Below the pieces are notes generated by a model. That model had not been told where the DNA came from, searched no databases, and was given only the letters and a program-made list of their open reading frames with translations. The position numbers and the translations under genes were made by a program. From positions 12,836,001 to 12,900,000 of the forward strand of contig NC_087250.1 of the NCBI RefSeq assembly GCF_037042905.1: a stretch of 64,000 bases of DNA, written 5' to 3'. Shown piece after piece: positions 27,253-41,541 of this stretch; position 1 is the stretch's first letter; each line of letters starts with the position of its first letter. Source of the stretch: Lytechinus pictus (lineage: Eukaryota).

Positions 27253-30200
27253 GGGCGCCTGTTATAATTTAAGTGCAATCTTGTGTCATTTTTTTGTGTA
27301 TTTTTTTCGGGGGTAGGTTTGATAAAGGGTGATTTCAACATCACTTTTGGTGTTGGTGTTTAGAATGTGAACAAGGCTTCCTGTTTGACTACCAGCTATA
27401 ATGCCGAAAATCGGTTTACAAGTATTATGTCAGTTAATTCATGTTTCATCCAGTAATCTTGAAATATTAGTTAGTGATGAATCTTTTATGGGAAGTAGTT
27501 AAGATTGCAAAGCGACCACATAGGATTGTGAGTTTTGCAATTGTCACTTTTTCCCCTAAAAGATTCTTAACTGACTAATACCAATCACATTTTGATAATA
27601 TTTCACTTTTGTAGTTTTTACTACCATGGAACATATGCTCTTGGTCCTTAACAGACTGCAGTCAGTGGATTCCTTCTTTCCCATACACAATGTGTGCACT
27701 GCTCCACTCCCTGGGGAGGATTCCAAAAAGAGCTTCCGAGCTCCAATTCTAGGCAAATTACATTGTCTTTTGCATCCTACCGGGTACCCATTTAACACCT
27801 GGGTGGAGAGTGGTAAAGTGAGTGTTAACACATTATTTAAAAGCAAGAGTCAGAACCACTACACCATGAGGATTCCCCATAGAGTGCTCAACAATATTCT
27901 AAACACCAGCTTTTATTTCAAGTTCAGTGTTATGGCCTGTGAAAACACCTTCTTAACACCAATACCAACTGTTGACACTAAACTATAACCACCCTCTGAT
28001 TTCTTGGACTTAGGGTGCTACATACGATAATTCAGGAGAGCGTTCCATCATTATGTGTCATCCAACAAGCTGCCATATCTGATAACTTTCCTTGATCGTG
28101 ATTGGCTGAGGTCTGACTGTTACTATGGTAACTGTCTGACGATGGAGGGCTTGTCATAAAACATCCGACAAGTTTTTCATGAAATGCGCCCCAGGTTGAA
28201 CGCAAACGACTCTAGCTAAGTAGTACCCATTATGTGTATGCTTTGGTTGTAATAAGTAATTGAAGAATATATTCTGTATTGTTATTACTCTTTCTCTCTT
28301 GCTATCAGCTCTGATGTATCTTTTTCTTAGGTATTTCAATATTTCTATTTCCCACTAAGACCTAATTTAGAATTTACACTCTCATTTATTAGATGTTAAT
28401 ACAATATTATAAATAATAGTACAATTTCCATCATATTTGAAATTTACCAACTTTGTTATAATTATGATAATGATAGTAAAATTTATAATACATATTTAAA
28501 TTGTACTTTAAACAAAAATTTGAGAGTGCAAAAAAAAAGAGAGAGAGAGAGAAAGAATGATGAGAGCCACCAAGATATCTCAATGTTCTACTTTTTGGAT
28601 GGTACACATCTTTGCAACACAATTCTTTAAGCATTTCACAAAACTTGAAATCAATTTAAAAATCACTTATAGATTTAAAAATCATTCAAATATTTTGCAG
28701 TGAACTTTATATAGCAACAAAAAGGACTTATGTTGCCATTTCATATAAATGCTGATCAAAGGAGTTGTCAAATTTGTCACTAAACTGGCTTTGAAATGGT
28801 TGTATGTAGCACCCTAGGTTTCTAAGTTTATTAAAGCATTGGTAGAAGGCTAATTTAAACAATTATAGGTATTGGTTTCACAGGGGCATTTCATACTGTG
28901 GTGCATTCGAATGAAGTGCTGGCGGATATTATGGAATATTCCATGAATCAATTTCTAATCGTTTCAAATCACTGTAAATTTTGTTTTGCAACATATTCTG
29001 TGATTGTTCATCTGCATTCAATTATTGTTTTGGACAGAGTAGGACAGAAATGAAGAAACAAAATAGTTGTTCTGAAGAAGAAATAGATGTCTAATAATTG
29101 GTAGAAAAATACTGTTTTCGGTCATTTCCTATAAGGTACTGTTTATGTTTACTTCTGGACACATAATTGGCTTTTCATCTGATCTTTAATGCAAGATAGT
29201 CAAAAGTTTTTGATTCTGGGGGCTGTTTCATAAAGATGTTCGTAAGTTAAGAGCGAATTTAGAAACGACTGGTGATCCTTTCTTGTGGTAAAAGATATTC
29301 ACCATTGTTCATTGGTGATTACTTAGCGTGTAAGAAAGGATCACTGGTCGCTCTCAACTTGGGAATAGCTTTATAAAACACCCACCTGGTTTTCTCTCTG
29401 TTGAATGGGGATGACCATATTCATCTCATAACCAGGCAATCACCCCCACCCCTCCCTCAACCCTGCATGAACCAACCCAACCCATCCCCCTTCCTTCACA
29501 TTCCTCTCCCCCACCACCCACATCAAACCAAAAAGCCCTTGATAAAGCACATGCCTACTTCAGTTCTCATCAACCACCTCCCCCAAATCCAACATCCTTA
29601 CCATTCCTTCAGCCCCACCCCTGACCAAGCTCCCCCAAATCCCCACCCTACATCGCTCCCACAATCGCCTCCTCCGCCCTACACAGTCCCCATCCCGCTT
29701 ACAAGTAAACACCACATCCTACTCCCAAACATCCAATCTAATTTTACAGAGCTCCCCCATACATTATTCTGCTTAGCCCCAAGGAAACTTCCTCCCATCG
29801 AACAGCTCTCCAGACTCTAAGACCCCACCCACCCAACTTCGTTTTATGAAGCCTCATGTACACCAAGCTGAGTAGTTGCTGTACAGTCTCATATACGTTA
29901 GACTGTCGGTTCACTTCATGATCATTGTGTTCAACTCAAGAGTCAAGACCAAAAATAGTATCTTTTCTACCAGGGTAGTGTTTGATACAGCTGTTTGGAA
30001 GTTACAAATGACTTTAATCTCACAACACGTCTAACAACTTCTTCTTGGAAGCTAAATCGACTCTAACAACAATTTTTGGTATATAACTTAGCACAATATA
30101 GGGTCACCAGCTGTTCTTAAAGTCGTTCCTAACTTACAAACAGCTTTTATGAACCAGCTCCCCCTTTGCCCCGTAACATAAAGGGTAGCGATTAATCACT

Positions 30201-33200
30201 ATGAAATGGCATATCATGATCAACGTTGCATGCACATTTTGCTCAGTAGACTGACTAGGAACCAATCGGAATTGTTCTTTCAAATGAGCGATCAATCGCA
30301 AAATGTTGTGATACGGGGCCCTGCTCGAACCAGACTCTACGTATTGCCTGCACAACAGTTTGCTCGGCAAACACTCTCTGAAATTATATTGTTTATTCAC
30401 CCTTATCTGAACGTCTTTGAAAACACTTTTTTTTTTACTAGGAACATTGCCCCTAGTTGTAGTATTCACGTAGGTAAATTAAATATTAGCATTCTCGACT
30501 TTGATATTTACATTATTGAAATGTATTGATGAATATGCATTGCCTATTTTTTTCATAGGCAAGTATATATGTACATGTAGGTTATCTATGTTTTATATAT
30601 GATTGTATACACGTCCCGCGAAGCACGGCATGCAATGGTGAACATTTAGTGAGTTTCTGTATATCAGCCGATTAGGTATTTCATATGGCATTATTAAAAC
30701 ACGCATAGAGGACTCTTCACAGCCTTCATAAGGTCAATGTTAATCTGTTATGGCTTCTCAAATTGGCAACCATCTTAAATTTTCTATTCATTTCCATACT
30801 TTGCTAAAGAAAATGTAAGAGGATATTGACTATTTCTTTCATGAAATAATATTCCCCAGGTGTTCACAAATTATTTGTTTTAAACAACTGAAATCCTGGC
30901 CTGTCATTGGCTTATATTTAAAAAAACTTTGTGAAAATCGCAATTTCTTTTATGAGATACTGTACTGTCCTGCGCAAATTGACAACCATTTTAAATTCTC
31001 TAATCATTTTTATAATTGGGTAAGAGAATGAAATAAAGGGGGTATTGACTGTTTCTTTCATGAAAATTCCCCACTTTTCACAAACTAGCTTTTTGTGAAA
31101 TACTACTGAAATCCTTGCATCTAACTGGCTCAGATTAAAATACCTGGTGAAAATCTCCAACTATTTCTTTCATGAAAAACTTCCCTGGTTTTCACATACT
31201 GGCTTTTGGTTAAAAACTACTGAAATCCTAGCATCTGATTGGCTAAGAGCAAGCTAGTCAGTTGAAACCAATGACTATTTCTTTCATGAAATACTCCCCA
31301 TCTGTTAGCAAGCTGTTATCACTGTCACAACCCACTGGATCTGTGTATCGATGTACAGTATCGTTGATAATTTGCTGTTTCGTCTTTGAGTGACTGCTTC
31401 AGTGTTTAAAAGTGGGGGTCCTTACCCCAGCAACTCAGGATTAGTGTTTGATTTATTTTGGCATAATCGTTATTTCTATTCTTCATTTAGATTTCTCCTG
31501 CTTACCTGTAATGATGTATTGTCTAAAGCCCTATGTGCACTTCACGATCCATTGCAAAACTATTGTTTAAAAAAGTGTTTGATATCAGCTTGATATTAGG
31601 CATTCCAACCTATATAATCTAGGCAGTCGAAGTTTGTAATAGTGGTCATACTAAAACAAAAATTCCAGTCTATTTCGAGGCTCCCTAAAGGAATAAAAGC
31701 ATATATTAAATTAAAGAATGTAATGACGCCATCATTGGCTTCGACTTAAAAAGTCAATTCAGACTTACATGTAACTCTGAATACAAGGCTTGCAGGAAAT
31801 CATTATTCTCATTTCACTATTCCTAGCACTAAAATGAAGTAGAATAACTGTTTCTTGGAACTTTCATATGTAAGTGCAAAATTTGATTTATTAAAAGATG
31901 GTGTTGTAGTGGATCATGTAGTGTGCGGTGGTCTTGATGGAAATGTTCAGTTTACTTTAATTCACATCAAAATACCTGTATATGGTGACCTACCTGTTAA
32001 AAAAAGGCCTGTATGCATTCATTCAATATGGGTAAACGTTTTTTGTTTTCAAAGTCACCCCCCCCCCCCGGAAGGAATTCAATATAATGTGCTTTGAAAA
32101 ACATTGTTTATGTTTTATTCTATAAGGTAAGATTAGGTAATTTATTGAAATTATTTATTAGAACTGAAACTGATAAGATGAAATTAAGGCATGATATCTG
32201 CAATACCAAATTCTATTGTCGCATCACCTGTCACTAATAGTAAATGATAAATAATAGGCATTTATATTGCGCCATCTATCTAGAAATAATCTATTCCGAG
32301 TTGCATTGTTATTATTATTATTATTATTACCCCAGCTTTAGTTCAAGCAGCCTTCCAGCGCTCAGTGCATTTCAAGGAATTATCTGCCTGGGTACCCATT
32401 TACCTCACCTGGGTTGAGTGCAGCACAATGTGGGTAATTTCTATGTGTGCCTGTAGTAGGGGCTACATGTGCGTGCATGAGTAAGAAATGCATTGCACCC
32501 ACATGTGTAAATGCAACGGCCTGGTGACCTGACCATTTTTTGGGATTTATCATCTCATATTTCAAGTGTTTTATTTTTCACCATTATGTGAGATCAACAG
32601 GGCTAATGATAATGATAATAATAATGAACAGTTCTTGTATAGCGCATATCTCGTTATGATTATAACATCTCTGTGCGCTTCCAAAGAACTTGGATATTAT
32701 TACCCCGGCTTTAGCTTGGCGGCCGTAATTATGAACAACGCACACGCTCTTCGAGGTTGCGCGAATCGATCCATTTCTCTTATGAGCACATAAAACGTTT
32801 GAAATATTATTGTATATGGCCTGTAAAAGACACCCTTTTTGAAATATGTTGTATATAAGATTACTTTAATGTACATGTTATCACGTTTTATACTGTTTGC
32901 AGTATTTTGTTAATATATGGTATTGTGTTGCCTAACTTTTTTTTAGTATATATGTGATTGTAGCAAAATCTAATCCATGCTGTATTGCCAATCCTGTATT
33001 GAAACAAAAAAAATCTGAATAATTATGGCAGCTTAACAATGTATATTTAGGATAAAGGAGAAGAAAGGAATTTAAAACCATTCGCCCATACATTATAGAG
33101 CCTCTACCAATAAATAGTGTTCTAAATTGTTGTGTCAGTGCAAAGAACGCCCTTAGCAAAACATTTTTGTGCACCCTATCGCCGGTGCAGAAATGTCTTA

Positions 33201-34011
33201 TGCAATGCACTTATGCATGCTGCTAAGGGCTGTTTTTGCGCTCATTTAATGATTCCCAAAGGGCATTCTTCCCCCCGACGCAATGTAGTTTAATAAGCCT
33301 GTGCTGACTGCTGGCTTAAGAGGGCGTGCTTTACCAAACTTCACACCCAGCCATTCCATGCAACCATAGGATTTTACCATAACATATGAAATATGATACT
33401 TGGGAGGCATTTGGATTTACTTAGGGAAACACAATGGTTGTTGTCAAATGATATGCATGAATAGATAATATTTTGATGAGAAAAAAGGGAAATATTGAAA
33501 AAAATATAACATGGAAAAGGAAAGTTCTATCCCTGAAAAGCAGATCATTAAGATTAAGATACTCGATATATAAATCTCAAATTGCTCAATTAGAGAGTGA
33601 AACTTCAAACAGTGTCATATTTTAGCGTTCTTGTGTGTAGGAACAATTGAAGGAGTTAAACTGACCCTACGTCACTATTCGGGTTTCAGCGAATTTTCTC
33701 ATTTCTAATTTTTGTCATTTGATTAGTCCAAGATATGAATAGAAGCTCTTTATCGCATGAAGTTACCAATGCTTTTTTGACATTACAGAATACCCTGCAT
33801 ATCTGTATCTTCGATTTTATATGCCCTTTAGTTTGTTGTTCAAGTGACATTCTTCATGAAATGCAATGTAGTATATATGATAGTGTTGTACATAGCACGC
33901 CGTTTATGTAAGTATTGTATAATATATTGTAGGAAAATACATGTTGATTTTCCAAAAAAAATGATTACATTGGAATCGATTCAATGTGGTTTGGAATGAC
34001 CTTTGGTCACA

Positions 34012-34017
34012 AATAAA
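34012..34017 (+). terminator. Candidate distal polyadenylation signal of Siah
   Basis: AATAAA followed ~15-40 nt later by a T/GT-rich tract (tttttgagttgtttgagtgtttg). Confidence 0.45.
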
Positions 34018-35337
34018 ACACAATATTGAATTTTTTGAGTTGTTTGAGTGTTTGATTGCGTTCGGCGCACATGATTTTTCTAGAGAAATTCACGTTTGTG
34101 TGTGTGTGATGATGTTCCTTTATCATAAGAGTCCGGGGGTGGGGAAGGGTATGGTTGTGAGAATATACACTACCAGTCACAATTCTTTGACTCACTATTA
34201 CCTGTTTCAGCCAGAGACCAATAGAATCAGTGGACCAAATCTATTGTACTCTGGTTGAAACGGGTAATAGTGATTTAAAGAATGGTAACTGGTACTGTAC
34301 ATCATCAAGGATATAAATAACGTCATAATCTCATAGCGCCCTCCCTCAGAGGATATAGGAATACGCGAAGAGTTGTCAAAGAAGCGCCAGCTGCTGATCA
34401 TCCACACATGCAAGGCAATGGCTTCAGCCTCTAAGATGGCGGCGCAATGACATCAATGCATAAGGTCAATCAGTAAGAATTCCAAGCAAGAGGTGCATTT
34501 GGAACACTTCTAACACAACCCAGGGTGTCTGGATTATTTGAAAGGTAACAAGTGTGGGTAATTGTTTGGGTGCCCGAAGGAAAAAAAAGGAAGGAATAAA
34601 GACGAGGAGGATAAGGTGTAGGCCTTTTATTATCGACTGTCATCTAATTAATTTATACTCTAGAAAGTTATCAAGACATAAAAAGGACCGGATGTGACAA
34701 CACTACACATGCTATAAAAAAGTGTTAAGAGTAATTCTTATTCTTATTATAATTGCACTTCAACCATGATTTTGTTACTTAATCCGGCAGTGAGCATATT
34801 TAAGATTTCGATAATAATTCAGTGATTACATTACTAAACTTAGAAAATGTGGTCCCTTGCCATTTTGACAAGCTGCGCTTAACCGTTGTGACCGGAACAT
34901 TCTCTTCAAAGCATCTCCATTGTCACACACTGGCCCAAGATTCTTTCAAGGTACTAACTGTACTGAAATAAAACCCCTGTGTGTTCACAGTGTGGACCAC
35001 AATGTGAAATCATTATTATGCTTAAATGTAAAAATGAATCATATTTGCACATAATCCATTATGTGAACACACTGTGAGCACATGAACATACTGTGAACAC
35101 ACAGTGAATGTACTGTGAACATACCATGGACAAACTTATGAGGCGCCGAATGTACCATTATTATATAGAACAATTATTTGTTATATAATCATTATTTATT
35201 AAATAATAACTATTATTTATATATAATTTACATTTTATTTGTAAATAACTACTATTATATAAAATATCATTTCTAATTATTTATATATAATTCCAAGTAA
35301 TACTTCATTATTTGTAAATAATAATAGTTCGACATTC

Positions 35338-35945
35338 CATTATTTATAAATAATGATTATTTGTTTTTCATTATTTATAAATAATGATTATTTGTTTTTC
35401 ATTATTTATAAATAATGATTATTTGTTTTTCATTATTTATGAATAATGATTATTTGTTTTTCATTATTTATAAATAATGATTATTTGTTTTTCATTATTT
35501 ATAAATAATGGAAAACTCAACAAATTATTTATAAATAATGAAAAACAAATAATCATTATTTATAAATAATGAAAAACAAATAATCATTATTTGTAAATAA
35601 TGAAAACGTCTACTTCATTATTTATAAATAATTTTTTCGAGTGCACCATTATTCTCATTATTTATAAATAATCATTATTTAATGTTCGAGTTTTCCATTA
35701 TTTATAAATAAAGATTATTTGTTAAATAATGAAATATCTACTTCATTATTTATAAATAATAATTTTGTTTCAATATCCCATTATTTATAAATAATCATTA
35801 TTTATAAACAATTTTTACAGTTTGCCATTATATACAAATAATCATTATTTATATACAAATAACCATTATTTATTAAATAATGCCATTATTTATTAAATAA
35901 TGCCATTATTTATTAAATAATGCCATTATTTATTAAATAATGGAA
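35338..35945. repeat. AT-rich repeats in the left fold-back arm (31-bp unit with an 18-bp palindrome)
   Basis: cattatttataaataatgattatttgttttt repeated, followed by (tgccattatttattaaataa)n; mirrored at ~49515-50170. Confidence 0.9.
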
Positions 35946-36539
35946 AACTCGCTATAACATGCAAATGTGGGACCGCCCATGATATGAATATTCATGATGC
36001 GATTTCCTTTTTCGTGATTTTTCTTCACAAATTTTTGTCCATTTCCTCTTCATAATGACATTTCTTGAAGCAATTTTCTAGGGATATGGTCTGATTGTAA
36101 TATTCTTCATTTTCTATATAACTTCGTCTTCGTAGAAATATCAAAAAGTGTAATTTTATACGATTTTTCCTACAGTTCACAATCCCCATAGGCGCGCGTG
36201 TACGGTAGGGACAACCGGTGAATCGACGGAGTGCTCTTCATCGAAATACTACGTTGGTTGGTCCCCGGAAGTGGCGGGCGGAATTTAGCCCGAATCCTCG
36301 ATGGAAGTCGATCAAGTGCATATGAGCTGAGAGAGTGAAATATCAGTGTACTTGTACAGGCCCTTCTACTTTTTATAAATATTTCTTGTTGCTTTTTTTG
36401 TTAAGTTAATTTTTCCTGGTGTAGAAATAAGTTTCAGTTCTAATAATGCACTTCAAATACATTTTGGAGTGTCTGTTTGAGGCGTTTGGGGCGATTTCAC
36501 CCTGGCCCCCCCTTACAAAAAATTCCTGCAGTACTTTAG

Positions 36540-37620
36540 TGGTACTCTGTTGTACCTGTGTGATACTTCTGTCATACACGACGGTACCTCAGAATTACCA
36601 CAGGACTTCTGTGGTATCACTCTGTGATAGTTCTGTCATACTTCTGTGGTACAGGAAAATATGAAAATTTCATGCAATACCTTAATGGTACTCTGTCGTA
36701 CCTGTGTGATACTTCTGTTGTACAAAACTGTATATAGAATTACAACAGGACTTCTGTGGTATCACTCTGTGATAGTTCTGTCATACTTCTGTGGTACAGG
36801 AAAATATGAAAATTTCATGCAATACCTTAATGGTACTCTGTCGTACCTGTGTGATACTGCTGTTGTACAAAACTGTATATAGAATTACAACAGGACTTCT
36901 GTGGTATCACTCTGTGATAGTTCTGTCATACTTCTGTGGTACATAAAAATATGAAAATTTCATGCAATACCTTAATGGTACTCTGTCGTACCTGTGTGAT
37001 ACTTCTGTTGTACAAAACTGTATAAGGAATTACTACAGGACTCCTGATCTACTTCTGTGGTACATAAAAATATGAAAATTTCATGCAATACCTTAATGGT
37101 ACTCTGTCGTACCTGTGTAATACTTCTGTTGTACATAACTGTATACAATATCACTCTGTGATAGTTATGTCGTACTTCTGTTGTACATGAAAATTCTAAA
37201 ATATCCTGCAGTACTTCTATGACAACCCTGCGATACTTCTGTTGTATATGAACATTTTTTAAATTTCCTGCAGTACTCCTATTACTAAGCACTTCTATGG
37301 AAACCCTGTGATACTTCTGTGGTACATGAACATTTTGAAATTTCCTGCAGTACTCGATCCTATTAAAGACACTTCTATGAAAACCCTGTGATACTTCTGT
37401 GGTAAATGAAAATTTTGAAATTTCCTGCAGGACTCAATATAGGCACTTCTAAAATTCTATGGCAACCCCAGTGCTATACTTTCAAAATTTCCTGCGGTAC
37501 TTCTCATGCAGCCACCCCAGAAATATGACTGAAACTGTATCACAGACGCTACTGGTGTATTTTCTGTGGTACAGTACATGAAAAAATTAGTTTCCTTCAG
37601 TACTTGTATGGAAGCCCTGT
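36540..37620. repeat. Left subterminal repeats (145-bp unit decaying into shorter units)
   Basis: gtggtaca..aaaatatgaaaatttcatgcaatacc at 36646, 36791, 36936 and 37057; core motif ctgtg[a/g]tac. Confidence 0.9.
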
Positions 37621-40600
37621 TTGTACCACAGACTAATTTTTTTATTTCCAGTGAGGGATTTATCTTTTTTTTCAGTTTCGGGAGAGGTCAGTAGCGTATT
37701 GAGTCTTATATTTTTAGAAGGCCATATGGCTTAAAAGGGCACCATTCATTTTAAAAAGTACAATTTTTTATATGAAAATTTAATTTTGTGATAGCTAGAT
37801 TGTGACATATAGGCCCTATTTCAAAATTATATTTCACCCTGTCCCATTGTGTAGGTCTATATCAGCGAGGGGGGGGGGGTTATGCCTACTGAGACTCAGA
37901 GGTTTTAAGTTTGATAGCTTCTATTTCTACGAGAAAGGGTACTATACGTACTAGATCAAAACTAGGAGCAAAGCGCGAACTGAAAAATGCGAAAAATTAT
38001 TGACCCCAAAATGGGCAACTTATATTTTGAGGACTATTGTTCGTTTTCAGGGTTATTTCTTTTTCATGCGCTCTTTTAAATTTCAATTATCATTTTTGTT
38101 TTGTTTGTTCGCCACTTATTTTTCATAAAAAACAGGATGAATAATAAAAAAATGACTATATTTAAAAGGGTACGTGTTGAAATATACAGGACACACCTAA
38201 CACTCTTAGAGCTTAATGGTTGTGAGGAAGCCGGGTTGAATTTCAAAGAGATATTGTAATGAATAAAAATATAAGCATGAACGTATTATTCTACTTCATC
38301 CATCTCTTTCTAACAATACAAGAAAATAATTGAAGGGGAGGTCAACGCTAGAGATAATCAATAAATAGAGTAAAATTCACAAAACAAAATGCTTAAAATT
38401 TATTCAAAATCGGATGACAAATAACGAAGTTAAGTTGAATTTTAAGGATTTGCAATATTCCCATGAAACAGTTTTATTTAGGCATGTCTCATGAATATTC
38501 ATTAGGTGGGCTGATGATGTCATATCCCATGTTCTTTTGTACAATATATGAAATTAGATTTATTCAACATATTTCTACCAAGAACTTAAACAATTGGAAT
38601 GACGACTAATTAACCGCATTAGTTATTTAATGCAGCAACTTTACAATGGGGACACATTATTTACACATGTATTGAAAAAATAGATAATCATAATTTCATA
38701 TCTAACATTAAAAAAGAAAAATGGGAATGTCACATCATCAACCCACCAAATGAATATTCATGACGATGTGCACACTATCTGTTTTCACAAAATATTGATA
38801 AACAATTAACATAAGAAAGTTCAGCGTTGAATGTTGATTAAAAAATAAATCTCAGTTAAAATGCTATCTAAGATTTTGTTTTACACGTTTCATAACCAAG
38901 TTTTAATGCGATTCTGGCCCCTTAAAGTTTTTATTGCGAGAAAATACATTTTTCCAAGTTTCCCATCTATTTTTTTATTTATTTTTTTTTAGTAAAAAGG
39001 ACCTATTTTCTTACAAATATATTATTATAAATAAAATTACTTCAATATTTGTTCTCCTATTCACAATATTTTTTACAGGTGGAATAGGATAAACTAAAAA
39101 TAGGATATTTAATTTCCATTTTAAGGCCTATTTTTTGCTTTATATCCCCGGTTTATATCTTTGCCACCTTGCAATATGTTAGCCAGGCTGGTTTATATCT
39201 ATTTCTTTTTAAATCAAATAAATTTGGATATTTTCAATCTATTTTTATGATGCGAAGCTATATATAGTTTGTAAATATGTTTTTTAATTGCAAGAACAAT
39301 CTTGTATCTCTGTTCACATATGATGGCAGTTTATTTTGCTTCTTTTTTTCTAATTTGTATGAAGTTTGTATCTATATATTTTCAAACTATTTTCCATCCT
39401 TAAAGTGTCACAACCGATCATATTATTTTTTACCTCGTTGGCAAAGTTATTTTTTCTTATGTTTCGCTTCAAAATGGTATCTTTATATTTGCTTGTCTTG
39501 CTCCTCCACCCCTTATCAAAATACCCTGCCGGCACTTGATCTAAGATTATTTTCTTTTACTACTTGAACCTTATAAAGGGATCTTTCCTTCGATCGCAAG
39601 AAAGGATAAAATGTGTGTTTTTGAAAAGAAATAAAATTAAAAATACATAGGATTGGAGCTGTGATTTTCCTCATTGCTTTCTTTGTCATCCTACTTGCAT
39701 ACTGGTAGGCCTATATAACATATTTTCAGTAAAATTGTGAGACATGTTTTTAAATCCTATCCTTATATTAAAAAAAAGAATAAAGAGAAAGAAAAAAATT
39801 AAAAGACATAGAAAAGAAAAAGAAAGGAAGAAGAAATAAATATTTGAATTTTACTTTATTCAATTCCTTTACGTTAATAATATGATATATAAATGATGGC
39901 GAAAATAGTCAAATTGTCTGGTTTCCAAGTAAAAAGTAAGACCCCCCCCCCCCCCCTCCGAGCTCAAACGCACGGACTGTACCGTATACGTGTTTCCGGT
40001 TCCGCCATTTGAAAAAAAACGTTCGTAACTGCTCAGCTGAACCCGAAGCTTGATGAAGAAGGCCGTCAATATTTCAACAAAAACTAACAGAATATGGATC
40101 AGATTCGGACAACGACTTCTTAAGACATTCACACAACAGGCTAAACAGTAAGTTAGATCCATTTTTCGTAGTTTGGCGCGGCATGCACTTAAATTTCTTC
40201 GACTTTTTAATCATTACCGTACGGCCACTGCACTGCCGTTGTTCCCGATCGCTTATCGGGTGGGGGCTGATCTGCGGTGTGCGCGGCCGGGGACGGCCAA
40301 CGGCTGGCTAAGTTAGTAGTATATTGATGGCGGCGGTGAGGATGTTTGTATTGTCATGATTGTAGCCAGGTCAGGGGTGGGCGCTAATGCAGTTTCGCAC
40401 CGGCCGATTAATACCAGCATACCTCATCACCAATATTTGTTCCCAAATGTCATGACAAGTCTCTCAGTCACATTTGAAGTCAATATATCCACCACTTTTC
40501 AAAATATCGTGATCGGGAATGGCTGTAGGCCTAGCCAGGCGGCTTCTAGAGAGTGAAAATCATTTACTAACGTAACTTCGTAAGGTCACTCTCATATGAA

Positions 40601-41541
40601 GCCAGGGATCCTTTCTCATATACCCACACAGAGGAAGCCAAAACTTGAAACTTTCACCCCCGGCCCCGAGATTTCTACTTTCCTTCTAAAAGATCTAGCC
40701 TAACGTTAGACCTAAATCATGTACATGGGATAAAACTTAATTTCCAACATTTCTACGCTCTCGTCGTTATTTTTGAAGAAGAAATTCATTCCAAAAAATG
40801 CGAAAAATATCATGATTAGACGGAAGAGACTTGCCCGATGTTTACGCCGCCATCTATGTGAGAAACTTCATGTTGGCTCTAAATCATCAATTTTGAGACG
40901 GATAGAGGCATGGAGAAGAACTGAAACTTTGTGTGCAGGAAGAATATTAGTTTTAATTTTTTTAAAGAGCGTGATGTTGCATGAATTTGATATCCCCCCC
41001 CCCCCCCATAAGATCCCACTTTTTGTCACTCGGAATATCAGATCGACAGATCCAGTTCACGGTCTCAAAGTTTGGGTAGGTGGAGCGTAGTGTAGCAATA
41101 GTGAAGTGGAGTGGAGCCTGCACAAACTTCACTCGAGGTAGGCAATCCCACAAATTTAAAAGAGGTTTCTATAAAATCAAGTCCGGCCTTCTATGAACAT
41201 GACAAACTTACGAAAAGATGTGAAGTCAATTCACCCTAAATATCATCAATATCCCTCAAATAGCTTCATTTAAGCACTAATTTCTCTTCCGGTTGATAAA
41301 ATATGGATCCGTCTTTAATTTCCAAAATTGTTCGTCTAACTAGCTAAAGGACGCATGTTTTATCTACATATTAAAGACACTACATAGAAAAGACTAGGCA
41401 CAAAGACTATTATACATGTAAATCGATGCAAAGCATTACGCGATGTCGGCAAAGTGCCCAATCTTCTTATTGTAAAGACTTTAGCGACAATAACAGACTG
41501 TGAGTAAGGTTAAAATGCTCCTCTACTTTTAATGTTTTCAT

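Noticed and set aside
29401..29820. 139-aa proline-rich ORF
   Set aside because: Low-complexity C-rich tract, TTG start, no recognisable domain, located in the probable Siah 3'UTR.
34418..34450. Gene start at a YY1-like aagatggcggc motif
   Set aside because: The frame stops within a few codons (ATG GCG GCG CAA TGA) and no downstream exons could be linked.
35137..36509. Inverted duplication as an assembly artefact
   Set aside because: Exact TSDs at both nesting levels and small differences between arms argue for real insertions, though read support was not checked.
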